A stretch of 64,000 nucleotides of DNA from contig JADGIG010000007.1 of the NCBI GenBank assembly GCA_018985235.1, forward strand, positions 1-64,000. The letters run 5' to 3'. Within the stretch, counting starts at the first letter, position 1; every line of letters begins with the position of its first letter. A model generated the notes under the pieces. That model searched no databases. It was given only the letters and a program-made list of their open reading frames with translations, and had not been told where the DNA came from. Made by a program: the position numbers and the translations under genes. Source of the DNA: Sanchytrium tribonematis (Eukaryota). Shown here piece by piece: positions 43,912 to 54,960 of this stretch.

Positions 43912-45403
43912 TCACCGCAAACTGTTTGGTGACATTCTTGCCACGAGAACCCCGATTTGCTCACAAGCAACTCTAGACTTAAGCCACTCATGACTAATTA
44001 ATTCTCCAGAAGACCATCTACAATTAACATCCACTTCTAGACAGCAAGCTAAAAATTCTTTTGTTAGAACCCCAGTGAGATTCGATTTTTTTAATCGAGG
44101 TGTCCCATTTGTTACAATTAGATAGAGTGCTTTTAATGGTTCTTCTGACAAATAAGGTGGCTCTCCTTCTAGCATCTCTATAAGCATGATACCAAGCGAC
44201 CAACAATCAACTTTAAACCCATAATTTTTCTGTTTGATAACCTCGGGAGCCATCCAATATGGAGTTCCTACCATTGTGGCTCTCCTGTCTTGCCGATTGA
44301 CGCGAGCACAAAAGCCAAAGTCCGCTAAATAAAATTAAAATACTTAATTTGATATGCCCAGTTTTGTCCAGCAGAATATTGTCACTTTTTATGTCTCTAT
44401 GTATCACTTCTTTAGAATGCAAAAAAGATATACCCTGCAATGTTTCGTATATAATACATGCCATTTCGTTTTCCTTAAAAGAGGTTTTAATGTTCTTTGT
44501 GTGGTAATCAATTAAATTAGTTAAAGAGCAATTCATGTACTCCATGACGACGTATAAATCGCCTTTCAAATAATGAGAATCTACAAATTCGACTAAGTTC
44601 GGGTGACGAAAGGTTTTTATAATATTCAGCTCGTTAATGATAAGCTCCTTTCTGGGCTGATTCTTTAAATGTATTCTTTTGATGGCCATATAAATTGAAT
44701 TTGCGCGATTTGAATATTTTGCAAGATAAACACTACCACTTGCCCCTTGGCCAAGCTTCTTAATTAAAGTATAGCATTTGTGAGGGTCTGTCGGATTACA
44801 AAGTGGAACAAGTTGATCGACCATTTCTTCAAAAGTCATTTTTCTACGTTTCTTCGGCAAGTCGGGTTTGATATTTTCCTTAAGGTCGGGTTTTTGTGGA
44901 CGATCTTTTTTCAAAATTTTATAGTCATTGTCTTTAGTAGATGTATAAAATTCAAGAACATTAAGTACATTTTCAGGATCTTTCTCAACATCGGCTTTGT
45001 TGATTTTAGAACCCTTTAACAATTGATGCCAATGTGCCGGCAAACCGGTGAATTCACCTTTTTCATGATTATATCCAACATGGCATAGATGTTTGAATTG
45101 ACTAGGTTTTGAAATCTCGCTTTTACAATCCATAATACGGAAAACATCATCATCCTCTTCAAAAATTAGGGAAATTTTTTTCTCGCCTCCTTTTTCTCTA
45201 TAATGTACCGATACATCGAGCTGGTCGGTTCTTTCCACCCGCTCTATGTCTTCAAAAAAAATTAAATAATTAGGATGGTCAACACAGTCACGTCTTTTAT
45301 GAATAGTAAGAGAATCGTGTTTGAGAAGCACAAATCTTTTTTGAGCCAACCCTAGAATGCCAGATTTAACAGCGCATGATATGCTTTTATTTTCAGCTAA
45401 CAT
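43912..45403 (-). CDS. CLA4: PAK kinase, Cla4-type (PH + CRIB + kinase); exons 45403-44344 and 44324-43912
   Basis: [32 protein letters not shown], spliced [21 protein letters not shown]. Confidence 0.9.
44325..44343 (-). other. 19-nt intron (PAK), phase 1
   Basis: gtattttaattttatttag; restores KL-T-DFG. Confidence 0.96.
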
Positions 45404-45519
45404 CTCACTCCCTGTTTTGAATGAGTCCACAACATTAACCACGAAAATGTCCGTGTTACAAAGTACACAAATAAGGAACGTTACACTATTGCGCGAAAAA
45501 GAATCAAAGACATACCAAA

Positions 45520-46248
45520 TCATTCATTTATTTGACTATTTTGATCAGACTCGCTAGCTACAAAAAATTGGTCATTTGGGGGTGCTACCGGAAATCTATT
45601 GGAATCTTGAAGTGGGTCGTCTCGAAGCCCAGTTGAAAACGGCTGACTATCAACAGGGTTTGCATCTCTGTTTTGCTGATGTGATTGCTGTTGGTCCCAA
45701 TAATATCCATATTGTTGAGGTGCTTGTGTTACCTGGTTTGGTAAGAAATTGTACTGCGCCGGTACATTTGGTTGGTGGTTAATAAACGGTCCTTCTTCTT
45801 TCATTACCTGAAATCCTTTTATATCGTCCCGAGGTACAATATCAATCAGAAAATCATATTGATCTGATTTTGATATAGCAGAAGATATATCACTACGTTG
45901 TAATGTCCTTCTTTTATTCTCTTCAGCGTGCATCCACGCCCGGGTTGTCAATTCTGCGATGAATATGTCACAAGCTTTAGCAAACAGCATAGGGCCTTCA
46001 GACGATATCATCAATTTTAAATCATCATCCAGTTTCATTACTCTCTTTACTCTTGCTAAAGGGAACGCGTGTAATTTGAAATCCATATTTCCGTGTTCTA
46101 TTTCAAAAATAACCGTACTCCAAAAATTGGATACAATTTGTTGAGTCACTAGTTGCGGGTGAACTATTTGCTGAGCTTGCATTTGCATTGTTTGATGGAC
46201 CGTGTTGTTTGGTTGGCCAGTACCTTGAGCTGCTAACTGGTTGGACAT
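45520..46248 (-). CDS. HAP5: CCAAT-binding factor subunit C (NF-YC/Hap5)
   Basis: PLARVKRVMK.D, MISSEGP.LFAKAC, NKRRTLQRSDI, DFLIDIVPR. Confidence 0.95.
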   Translation of the reverse strand: MSNQLAAQGTGQPNNTVHQTMQMQAQQIVHPQLVTQQIVSNFWSTVIFEIEHGNMDFKLHAFPLARVKRVMKLDDDLKLMISSEGPMLFAKACDIFIAELTTRAWMHAEENKRRTLQRSDISSAISKSDQYDFLIDIVPRDDIKGFQVMKEEGPFINHQPNVPAQYNFLPNQVTQAPQQYGYYWDQQQSHQQNRDANPVDSQPFSTGLRDDPLQDSNRFPVAPPNDQFFVASESDQNSQINE

Positions 46249-46430
46249 TGATCAAAAAATTTGTTTCAAGCCACGAATTTCTCTAGAAATGGAAAATTGA
46301 AATTTTTAAAATCCAAACAGATGCAAAATCGATAATATCAATTAAGAGTACAACGTAGAGATCTTTAACAATATAAAAAAATATCAAATATGAAAGTCAA
46401 TTTAAATAAAGGGGCTAATTTTGTAACAAA

Positions 46431-47547
46431 ATGCCAAGTGAGATAAAGTCTGTCTTGATTACGGGAGGAACTGGCTTTGTAGGCCGACACTTAGTAGATT
46501 ATCTATTAGACTCAGGAATTACTGATATCAAAGTAGTTGACAAGTCATTACCTTCATTGTCTTGGCTAAATGAAAAACACAAATCTGCCTTGGGCAAAGT
46601 GCAGTTCGTTCAAGCAAATTTATGTTTAGACAGCGGCGTAGCAAAAGTTTTTGATAAAAGTTACGATTTGGTTGTAAACTTAGCCTCGGAAACTAAATAT
46701 GGCCAATCAGAAGAAATTTATAAAGAAAAAGTCCTTGATGTGGCTCTGAGAATAGCTAATGCAGCCGTCGGAAAGACGAAGGTATTTGTAGAGCTTTCTA
46801 CCGGACAGGTTTATGACCCAAAAGACAAGCCGGTAAAGGAAAGTGGAAAAACTAAACCTTGGACAAAATTAGCAGAGTACAAATTACAAACCGAACAAGA
46901 GCTCTCCAAATTAGACTTAAATTTAGTGATTTTAAGACCAGCCATTATCTATGGTGTTGCTGATATTTATGGAATTACTCCCAGACTCATTATTGGTAAA
47001 GTCTATCAGCACATCAAGGAAACTATGGAATTGTTATGGACTGGTGATTTGGCAATCAACACGGTTCATGTTACTGATGTTGTCCGTGCTATTTTGTTCA
47101 CAGCCAGATACCACATGCAGAAATTAGCAAAGGGAGAAATTTACAATTTAGCAGACAAAAGTAATTCTACGCAAGAAACTATTAATGCTCTATTGCAAAA
47201 TATTTTCGGTATTAAAACTTCGTTTGTTGGATCTGTTGCTTCTCAGTTCGCTAAATTGAATTTGACTACTGTTGTTCAAGATGTGAACGAAAAACACATG
47301 GCACCATGGAGTGAATTGTTGAAGAAGGAAGATTTAAACAGTTTTTAATTTTCATTTAGGTCATCTGACTCCATATTTGGATAAGGAGCTGCTTTATAAC
47401 CACAGTTTATCTATTGACGGGTCAAAAATTGAAGACTTGAAATTGGATGGGGAATCATTTAAACTTAAGCATCCAAACATCAATGAGGCGTTACTTAAAG
47501 AAGTTGTGGATGACTTTAAACAATGCAAATTATGGCCAAGTGCTTAG
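46431..47547 (+). CDS. NAD-dependent epimerase/dehydratase family protein; exons 46431-47340 and 47360-47547
   Basis: TGGTGFVG, LRPAIIYG, VHVTDV; spliced LTPYLDKELL...SIDGSKI. Confidence 0.88.
47341..47359 (+). other. 19-nt intron (epimerase), phase 1, GTT donor
   Basis: gtttttaattttcatttag; extends the ORF by about 60 codons. Confidence 0.85.
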
Positions 47548-47559
47548 GAATAAATTTGT

Positions 47560-47871
47560 TTATTCATTAGACAACAAAAGATCTGATGAATCAGCGTCAG
47601 GCAATTGCTCTTTTAAAGTAGCGTCTTTCTCCATTTCAAATGCAATAGGAAGTGCGACAAGAATCATCGAGGACGCCAATACATACCCAAATTGCCCAAG
47701 ATAATACCCGAGTGATTTTGCGTGATCTGTACCTACGGTAATTATTTTTTCCATTCTATATCTTTTCATTGGTGAAACAATATCTTTTAGCGCCACAATT
47801 CTTTGCAATATTGTTTCATTGAATTCATCGTAATCAATATCTAAACGAGAATCTTCTCTCTGTCCTTTCAT
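47560..47871 (-). CDS. TOM22: Mitochondrial import receptor Tom22-like
   Basis: ETILQRIVALKDIVSP, TM segment YVLASSMILVALP..FEME. Confidence 0.8.
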   Translation of the reverse strand: MKGQREDSRLDIDYDEFNETILQRIVALKDIVSPMKRYRMEKIITVGTDHAKSLGYYLGQFGYVLASSMILVALPIAFEMEKDATLKEQLPDADSSDLLLSNE

Positions 47872-47907
47872 GATTGGTTTGAAGGGGTTCACAGTTGTAC
47901 TCTTTAA

Positions 47908-48825
47908 ATGTTTAGTCCTAGTTGGCGTCGCTTGAATCATTTTCCGTTTGAACTGTACCAGAAACCCGTGCATTCGTACCCTGGACATATTTATAAAGCC
48001 AGGTGGGAGCTTAAGAAAATTCTAAATCTTAAAGACACTCATCATGTAATTATTGAAGTACGAGACTCACGGGTGGCCACGATCGTACACCCAGACTTGG
48101 AACTTAATTATAATAACTGTAAAAAAATTGTTTTATTTAATAAGTTGGATCTTATTGATGATACTTCTATTGCCAGTCTAAAAAGGAGATATCCAGACGC
48201 GATATTTATTTCAAAAATAAGAAGTTCAATGATAGATAGCATTGTTGATGTTAAAAATTCGATTTTCTCCCTAATGAATTGCTCGGATGAAGATCAAATA
48301 CATGAGTTACCCTTAAAAAGATTAGTTCATGTTGTTGGGTATCCAAACGTTGGGAAAACCACTATTGTCAATCAGCTAAGAACATTGGCTTTGAAAAAGG
48401 GAAAGCAAAGAACTGCGAATAGCCCCGGAACGACAAGAATGATAGAAAAATTGAGGTTTTTCGAAAATCCCAAAATAGATCTCGTCGATTTTCCCGGAGT
48501 ACTAGTTCCTCCAAAAGAAATGAGCCCCGATGAATCTCTAAAATTGTGCCTTGTGAATTCTTGTACACTTTCTGAACCCAACTTGGAGCTTTTGGTCCAT
48601 TTTCTGTTGTATCATATAAAATGCTACGATTCAATGGCTTTAAGTCATTTAAAGATACCATTCGACACCTCGTCTATTAATTTTGATGATATCATGGAGA
48701 GCGTTGCAAATAGCCATGGGTTTCTAATCAAAGGAGGTAGACCAAATGTTCAAAAGGCGATGACTTTTATTTTAAATAAGTACCGATCGGGATCAATGAC
48801 GAAAATTCCATTGACTTCGGTCTAA
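47908..48825 (+). CDS. MTG1: Circularly permuted GTPase Mtg1/RbgA
   Basis: YPGH, IEVRDSR, NKLDL, VVGYPNVGKT, PGTTR, D.PGVL. Confidence 0.88.
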   Translation: MFSPSWRRLNHFPFELYQKPVHSYPGHIYKARWELKKILNLKDTHHVIIEVRDSRVATIVHPDLELNYNNCKKIVLFNKLDLIDDTSIASLKRRYPDAIFISKIRSSMIDSIVDVKNSIFSLMNCSDEDQIHELPLKRLVHVVGYPNVGKTTIVNQLRTLALKKGKQRTANSPGTTRMIEKLRFFENPKIDLVDFPGVLVPPKEMSPDESLKLCLVNSCTLSEPNLELLVHFLLYHIKCYDSMALSHLKIPFDTSSINFDDIMESVANSHGFLIKGGRPNVQKAMTFILNKYRSGSMTKIPLTSV

Positions 48826-48904
48826 GCTTTATTCATTTCAATAAACGAATGCTCTTTTTTGCTCTTTTTTGAACTTGTAGCAATAATCTCCAGTTTCAAT
48901 TCTA

Positions 48905-49844
48905 ATGGCAACTTCGCAAACAATCGAAGTAATTGAAGTCGCATTTTCCGGAGGCCAAGGCAGAGATGGAGTCGAGTTTGGACCAGAGACACTTATTAAT
49001 CATGGTTTGTTAAATCAACTAAAAGGTCTTGGTTACAACGTTCAACACAATAAGTCTTTTAAAAATATTCCTAAACCCGAAAACGATCCAATTGTTGCTG
49101 GCTGTAAAAATTCAAAGTATGTATCCGCTGCAAACAAGAGTCTTTTCTCTGCTGTTAAACAAGCTTGTGAAGTTCATAAAACTACACTTGTAATCGGCGG
49201 AGACCATTCACTTGCTATAGGCTCAATTGCAGGCTCCGCAGCAGTTTATCCTGATATCTGTGTTATTTGGGTTGATGCACATGCTGATATTAATACTCCA
49301 GATACCAGTGGTAGTGGGAATCTACATGGGTGTCCATTGTCCTTCTTATTAAAGCTGCCATCTACGGAAAAAGTACCAGAATTGAGTTGGGTCCCAAAAT
49401 GTTTATCTCCAGACCGACTGGTGTATATTGGACTCAGAGATGTAGATGAAGGCGAAAGAAAAATTTTAAAAGAGCACAAAATCAAGGCTTTTAGCATGCA
49501 TGATGTTGACAAATATGGCATAGGAAGAGTTGTTGAAATGGCATTGGACCACGTCAATCCGAAAAGGGATCTTCCTATTCATATGTCGTATGATGTGGAT
49601 GCTTTAGACCCTACAGTAGCGCCAGCAACTGGTATATCTAATTTATTTAGGAACACCTGTAAGAGGTGGTTTGACTTTCCGCGAGGGTCACTATATAGCA
49701 GAGGCTATAGCAGAAACCGGGAAATTAGTTGTAATGGACATCATGGAAGTCAATCCAATTTTGGCAATTCAAAAAACCGACGAACCTACCGCGACTGTAG
49801 CTTGTTCTTTAATTCGAGCGGCATTTGGTGAAACGTTGCTTTGA
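48905..49844 (+). CDS. CAR1: Arginase; exons 48905-49631 and 49651-49844
   Basis: GGDHS, DAHADIN, GNLHGCP, SYDVDALDP; spliced ATGTPVRGGL..REG, EVNP. Confidence 0.97.
49632..49650 (+). other. 19-nt intron (arginase), phase 1
   Basis: gtatatctaatttatttag; restores AT-G-TPVRGG. Confidence 0.96.
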
Positions 49845-49853
49845 TTCATAAAT

Positions 49854-50258
49854 CTATAAAATATGAGTAACTTGGGGCTTTTTCTTCTTAAAAATTGTAA
49901 ATCTAAATAGCGATAGCATAATTGTCACGATGGACGCAACGAAGTGGATGCATACAAATGCCAAATAATACTTATTCAACCAAAATTTAAGCTCTGCGTT
50001 TGTTGTAAAGTTCTCAATAAATTCTTGATATGTTATAGTCATGTACAATTCGTATCCAATAGACAACAATCCCGCGGCCAAGTACACATATTGAAAGGCT
50101 TTTTTCCCTTCAAATATAATTGCTATAGCAAATATTGTCAATAGCAGCATCCAACTCAAAGCTGTAAAGAAAAAGGTCTGATAAATGAATAGGCTGCTCC
50201 CTATTTGAAAAAAATGCATCATGAAGAGAAGCATAGTATAAATTGCAGTTGTCGTCAT
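49854..50258 (-). CDS. Small multi-pass membrane protein, unknown
   Basis: 134 aa with about four hydrophobic segments. Confidence 0.6.
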   Translation of the reverse strand: MTTTAIYTMLLFMMHFFQIGSSLFIYQTFFFTALSWMLLLTIFAIAIIFEGKKAFQYVYLAAGLLSIGYELYMTITYQEFIENFTTNAELKFWLNKYYLAFVCIHFVASIVTIMLSLFRFTIFKKKKPQVTHIL

Positions 50259-50369
50259 CTAATCACGATGGGTAGTCTGTGATCTTTTGATCTTAGGCAA
50301 ATATTTGCTGCCAATCACATCAACAAACAGAACCTTGGATGATTGCACAAATGTTTTTTGCAACAAACT

Positions 50370-51755
50370 ATGGAATTTTCCAATACTTCCATTTATGTAG
50401 ATGAAGACTCAATTGATTTCATGCATTTAAATGGATGGCGTTTCACTAACTGCATATTTCATGACATTCAGTTTGAAAATTCCGGACTTAATCGAATGAA
50501 TGATGCTATTGTTAGTGTCACTAACCGAACAAGATCAAATGTACTTGAGTTGCGTACAAATGATGAGGTTGACATATATACAGGAGAACCAGAGGATGGA
50601 GGATTTTACGTCAAAGATTTGGCTTTCGTAAAAATTTGTCACACTATATACCTAGTTCCCAGAAATCAATGGAGATCCAAATTAAAGCATTTCGCAAGAA
50701 ATAATCTATTTTTGTTTGATTTTACCGAAAAATTTCCATTTACCTTAGATTATTCACCGTCAGAGCCCGGAAATACTGCATTAATTTTAATGAGAAGAGA
50801 ATTTGATGGTCTGCCTTTTTTACTGGAGCCCCTATCTTTATTAAGTTGTATCTTTAAAAATCTGAGAGTGGGAAGATACAACGTTACGCGGCAATTACAA
50901 AATAATGAACAAGCTACATTACAAGGCATCAATAATGATATTATTTGGGAAATATTAGAGGAGTTGTTGGAAAATGACACGACGTCATTACTAAATTATC
51001 CCTCTAAGGTCCAGTCGCAGTTGACCAAGTTGCGGAAGTGGATTATTGATAACGCGCAAATAGTAGGTGCAGATATTAAAGTTCCTAAAATATTAGCCAA
51101 GGTTTCCATATCTCAGCTTAAGAAATTTTCTCTGTATTTATATGGAAAGAACCACTTCAATACATTGTATCCTATGTCTAGCTTAGTTTTACTAATAATT
51201 GAAAGTTTCGAATATATACTGGAGGAAGAAGTATCAAATGAGAAATCTTTATTACAAATATTCAACACTGAACCCTCAAAACTGATTGATTTTTCCATGA
51301 ATAATACAAAATTGAGAAATTTGGCTTCTCACTTATTGTGTTTACCTCTTCCGGGTTGTGATTACAATACAAAAGTTTTATTGGAGACGGAGCATGAGCT
51401 CAAAATTAATCTAGATTTTAATCAAAGGTCCAATTTTTTAGTATCACAGTGGTATTCATTGCTCTGCCAATACCAGTGTATTAACGACATTACTTCCGAA
51501 AGCACTTATATTTGGGAACGAATTCAAAAATATCTATGTAAATCTTTCGTTTCACCAAATTCAATAAGAGATATAGCACACAATTTTGCATCTTATTTGT
51601 CGACACCTCAAGTGGCATTGCCTAAAAAATTTGACAAAGTGATATTTGTTTTTGAGAACGGAATGAGTATCGATGAAGCCCACTCCTTAAAGGAAATTTC
51701 GAAAAAATACAGTTTGTCTGAACAACTTATATGCATTACTGACCAGATACTATAG
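50370..51755 (+). CDS. Hypothetical protein with a Sec1/Munc18-like C-terminus
   Basis: VIFVFENGMSIDEAHSLKEIS...ICITDQIL resembles the SM-family end; the rest is unrecognised. Confidence 0.45.
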   Translation: MEFSNTSIYVDEDSIDFMHLNGWRFTNCIFHDIQFENSGLNRMNDAIVSVTNRTRSNVLELRTNDEVDIYTGEPEDGGFYVKDLAFVKICHTIYLVPRNQWRSKLKHFARNNLFLFDFTEKFPFTLDYSPSEPGNTALILMRREFDGLPFLLEPLSLLSCIFKNLRVGRYNVTRQLQNNEQATLQGINNDIIWEILEELLENDTTSLLNYPSKVQSQLTKLRKWIIDNAQIVGADIKVPKILAKVSISQLKKFSLYLYGKNHFNTLYPMSSLVLLIIESFEYILEEEVSNEKSLLQIFNTEPSKLIDFSMNNTKLRNLASHLLCLPLPGCDYNTKVLLETEHELKINLDFNQRSNFLVSQWYSLLCQYQCINDITSESTYIWERIQKYLCKSFVSPNSIRDIAHNFASYLSTPQVALPKKFDKVIFVFENGMSIDEAHSLKEISKKYSLSEQLICITDQIL

Positions 51756-51813
51756 TCTAAAAATAATTTACTCTATAATTAAAACTTCAATAAAAATCAT
51801 TATCAAACAAGGG

Positions 51814-52251
51814 ATGAGATTTCCATCTGTACAATTATTAGCTAAAAAATACAACATAGATTTAAGCAAGGTCAAAGCAAGCGGATTCAAAAATTCTTTG
51901 AATAAGGGAGATATATTATCATACATAGATCAAAATAATCTTTTACCAACTTTTAAATTGACAAATGACCATTCCGAATACTATCGTATATCACGAAATA
52001 GACGAGTAAGCCCATTAGAAATTAATTCTTTTGAAAAATCGACAAATTCCAAGGTCAAGATTAGATATAACAATTATTCGTTTGCGGATATTCCGTTGCA
52101 ATTACAAAAACAAAATTGGTTTTCAATTTTAACAAGCCCCAAAAATCCAAAATATGAGCAGCCTAGCTCAGTTGAAACAATTTTGATGATTGACAGCCAA
52201 TATAAGAATGTAGCAGAAGAGGTTTTTGTAGAACACAAAATAAAAAATTAA
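51814..52251 (+). CDS. Protein with an N-terminal E3-binding (PSBD) domain and no lipoyl domain
   Basis: PSVQLLAKKYNIDLSKVKASG...L.KGDIL.YI. Confidence 0.65.
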   Translation: MRFPSVQLLAKKYNIDLSKVKASGFKNSLNKGDILSYIDQNNLLPTFKLTNDHSEYYRISRNRRVSPLEINSFEKSTNSKVKIRYNNYSFADIPLQLQKQNWFSILTSPKNPKYEQPSSVETILMIDSQYKNVAEEVFVEHKIKN

Positions 52252-52262
52252 GAAACCCTGAT

Positions 52263-53624
52263 ATGAAACTTGATTCTAAATCTAGCAAAATTTTTAGCAG
52301 GAGATATTTATTACGCCCTACTCAACTTGATTTAAGAATACTGGCACAGCAACCTAACTCATTGTGGGGCTTCTATGTACTATTTTGGTTTTCTGGAGTT
52401 CTATTAATTTGTTTGACAATGTATAGTAATTTAAAGCTAGAGAAATCTATAATAGGATCTTACTTATTTAAATTAAGCTTGAGCAATTTTCCAGAGGTAG
52501 TTTTATTCGATTTGGTGATGGTTTTAAGTACCAGTTTTTGTTTTTTCTTACAAAAACTAATTGCTACTCAAACAATAAGCACAAAAGGGGGATCCTTTTT
52601 GCAAAGGGTTTTTGAAATTTCTTTTATTGGTTGTTTTAATTATTATATATATAAACAAAATTGGAATTGGGCAAGTTCTGGCGCAACTTGCGTACATTCT
52701 ATAAGTATTTTGTTTAAGATGCACTCCTACAACATTGTGAACATTAGACTCATGGAGCAATACAACTTAAAAAAAAAGTTGATACAGGCGGAAAAAAAGG
52801 AAGATGCTAATGTAGCAGAGCAAATTGCCGAGATAGACAAAATACTTACAATAGAAGTTCCACACGACCTGGAATTTAATGGGTTTGATGCTTCACCAAT
52901 TAGTGAAGAATCAGTGAAATTTAGGATATGTTATCCTGAAAATGTGAATATCTCAAATTTTGTAGACTATTTGATAGTTCCCACACTGTCATATGATATC
53001 GCGTATCCCAGAATGAAATATGTACGTCCTTTATACATTTTCGAAAAGGTGGTAGAGTTTATAGGCACGTGCTTCTGTTTATACGTAATTCTAGAGAACT
53101 ACACAATCCCACCATTTTCGGAATCACACAGGTCATTTGTTGATCTGCTACTAGTTTTATGTACGCCTTTCATGGCTTGCATGCTTCTCACATTCAATAT
53201 TATCTTTGAAGTAATTTGTAATGTATGTGCTGAGGTCACAAAATTTGCAGATCGCGGTAATTTTTACAGCGACTGGTGGAATAGTGTTAACTATTTAGAG
53301 TTTAGTAGAAAATGGAACAAACCCGTCCATAATTTTTTATTTCGACATGTGTACCTCGAATGTTTACAAGTGATGGGATTTTCAAAAGGTCTCTCAAGAT
53401 TTATAACTTTTTTTATTTCTGCACTATTTCATGAGCTAGTTTTTGTTGTACTTTTTAAAGAAATCAAATGGTACATGTTTGTAATTCAAATGCTCCAAAT
53501 TCCATTAATAGCTTTTCAAGAACTCCCTCCGATTAAAAAATTTCCAGTCGCTGGTAACGTTCTATTTTGGTTTGGGATGTACTGTGGACTACCTTTATTA
53601 TGTGTTGCATATAACAAACTTTAA
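52263..53624 (+). CDS. Sterol O-acyltransferase (Are1/2, MBOAT)
   Basis: KMHSY, YPENV, PTL.Y...YPR, FY.DWWN, WNKPVH.FL.RHVY, SALFHE. Confidence 0.92.
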   Translation: MKLDSKSSKIFSRRYLLRPTQLDLRILAQQPNSLWGFYVLFWFSGVLLICLTMYSNLKLEKSIIGSYLFKLSLSNFPEVVLFDLVMVLSTSFCFFLQKLIATQTISTKGGSFLQRVFEISFIGCFNYYIYKQNWNWASSGATCVHSISILFKMHSYNIVNIRLMEQYNLKKKLIQAEKKEDANVAEQIAEIDKILTIEVPHDLEFNGFDASPISEESVKFRICYPENVNISNFVDYLIVPTLSYDIAYPRMKYVRPLYIFEKVVEFIGTCFCLYVILENYTIPPFSESHRSFVDLLLVLCTPFMACMLLTFNIIFEVICNVCAEVTKFADRGNFYSDWWNSVNYLEFSRKWNKPVHNFLFRHVYLECLQVMGFSKGLSRFITFFISALFHELVFVVLFKEIKWYMFVIQMLQIPLIAFQELPPIKKFPVAGNVLFWFGMYCGLPLLCVAYNKL

Positions 53625-53633
53625 ACATAAAAT

Positions 53634-54191
53634 TTACTTTAAAATCAGTAAATGTCTTTTCTCTGTGTCCAGTTGCCTCTGAATATTCATTGCCTCAAAG
53701 ACAAATAGACGAAATTCTTCAATATCCAGTTCTTTGTTTCCACTGACATCAAATTCCTGATAAATTCTTTTCACTGCCTCATTTGAGAACCCGAACAAGT
53801 ACCCTAAAGTAATAAATTCTTGTCGCGATACAGATTTACCTCCGTCCTCGTCAAGTAACTCAAAGCAGGTCCTCCAATGGCGGTAAAGGAATGCCTGAGC
53901 TTCGCTGTGTTGGGTGGCAACCATTATACATACAAGAACATAAAACTCATTGAATTCAACCATGCCAGATTTGTCCAAATCAAAAATGTCAAATATATGA
54001 CTTGCTTGATCAGGACTAAGGTCAGTACATTCCAGTAGGAAGCTGCAGAATTGAATATCGTCTAACCCATCTTTATTGTTAAAATCTAATAAGTTGAAAA
54101 TATCAAGTACTGCACAAGCATTTTCAGCGCTTAGAACACAAAAAGATGGAATTATTTTCATTCTTTGTAGAAAAGTAGAAGTTATTTTCAT
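53634..54191 (-). CDS. EFCAB9: EF-hand protein, EFCAB9-like
   Basis: CVLS..N, F..LD....L.D..F, TDL, EFY.LVC, F.YRH.R..F.LLD, FD.SG...L...EF resemble EFCAB9 along the whole length. Confidence 0.75.
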   Translation of the reverse strand: MKITSTFLQRMKIIPSFCVLSAENACAVLDIFNLLDFNNKDGLDDIQFCSFLLECTDLSPDQASHIFDIFDLDKSGMVEFNEFYVLVCIMVATQHSEAQAFLYRHWRTCFELLDEDGGKSVSRQEFITLGYLFGFSNEAVKRIYQEFDVSGNKELDIEEFRLFVFEAMNIQRQLDTEKRHLLILK

Positions 54192-54220
54192 TGAAGTTGG
54201 TGTTTTAAAGTGCCAATTTA

Positions 54221-54818
54221 TTACAAAATAATGCATTTTTTCTGGGCCTTCGCTTTTTGTGGAGGAGCAAGAACAGCACGGATAGCTAAATTAATAACAA
54301 GTACCTTCATCAAAGACGTTTTTTAATCCTTTTTGGGTAAGAGCAGAGCACTCCAAATATTTAACACTTCCTATTTCTTTTGCCATTTGAAGCCCTTGTG
54401 GGTATGTAATTGGAGACATTCTTTTCTCTCTCAACTTTTCAATTGTCTCTCTATCTTCTCTCAAATCCAGCTTAGTTCCTACTAGAATAATAGGGACTCC
54501 AGGTGCATGATGAGATATTTCAGGATACCATTTGGTTCGAACATTTTCAAATGATGGGGGACTGACCAGTGAAAAACATATCAAAAACACATCTGTTTGA
54601 GGATAAGACAATGGCCGTAGACGATCATAATCTTCCTGACCAGCAGTATCCCATAATCCCAAATTAATCGGTTTTCCGTCAACCATCACATTAGCTGAGT
54701 AGTTATCAAAAACCGTAGGAATATACTCTCCTGGAAACGCATTTGTAGTATATGAAATTAATAAGCAGGTCTTTCCAACAGCTCCATCTCCAACAACAAC
54801 ACATTTTATAGCTTGCAT
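54221..54818 (-). CDS. RAC1: Rac GTPase, full length 192 aa; exons 54818-54305 and 54285-54221
   Basis: [46 protein letters not shown]; spliced tail KKCIIL. Confidence 0.98.
54286..54304 (-). other. 19-nt intron (Rac), phase 1
   Basis: gtacttgttattaatttag; restores FDE-A-IRAVL and the CAAX box. Confidence 0.96.
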
Positions 54819-54960
54819 TTTATGAAGACTGGTGTTTCAGATTATTTTGGAGAAATTTTCTACTCTCTATATGATAAAAAATGTTCTCTTTTTGGCTGAT
54901 TAATAAGAATTTGAATTATTTAAATTCGATCATAATCTTTTTTTTGAAATTCTTTTGTCC

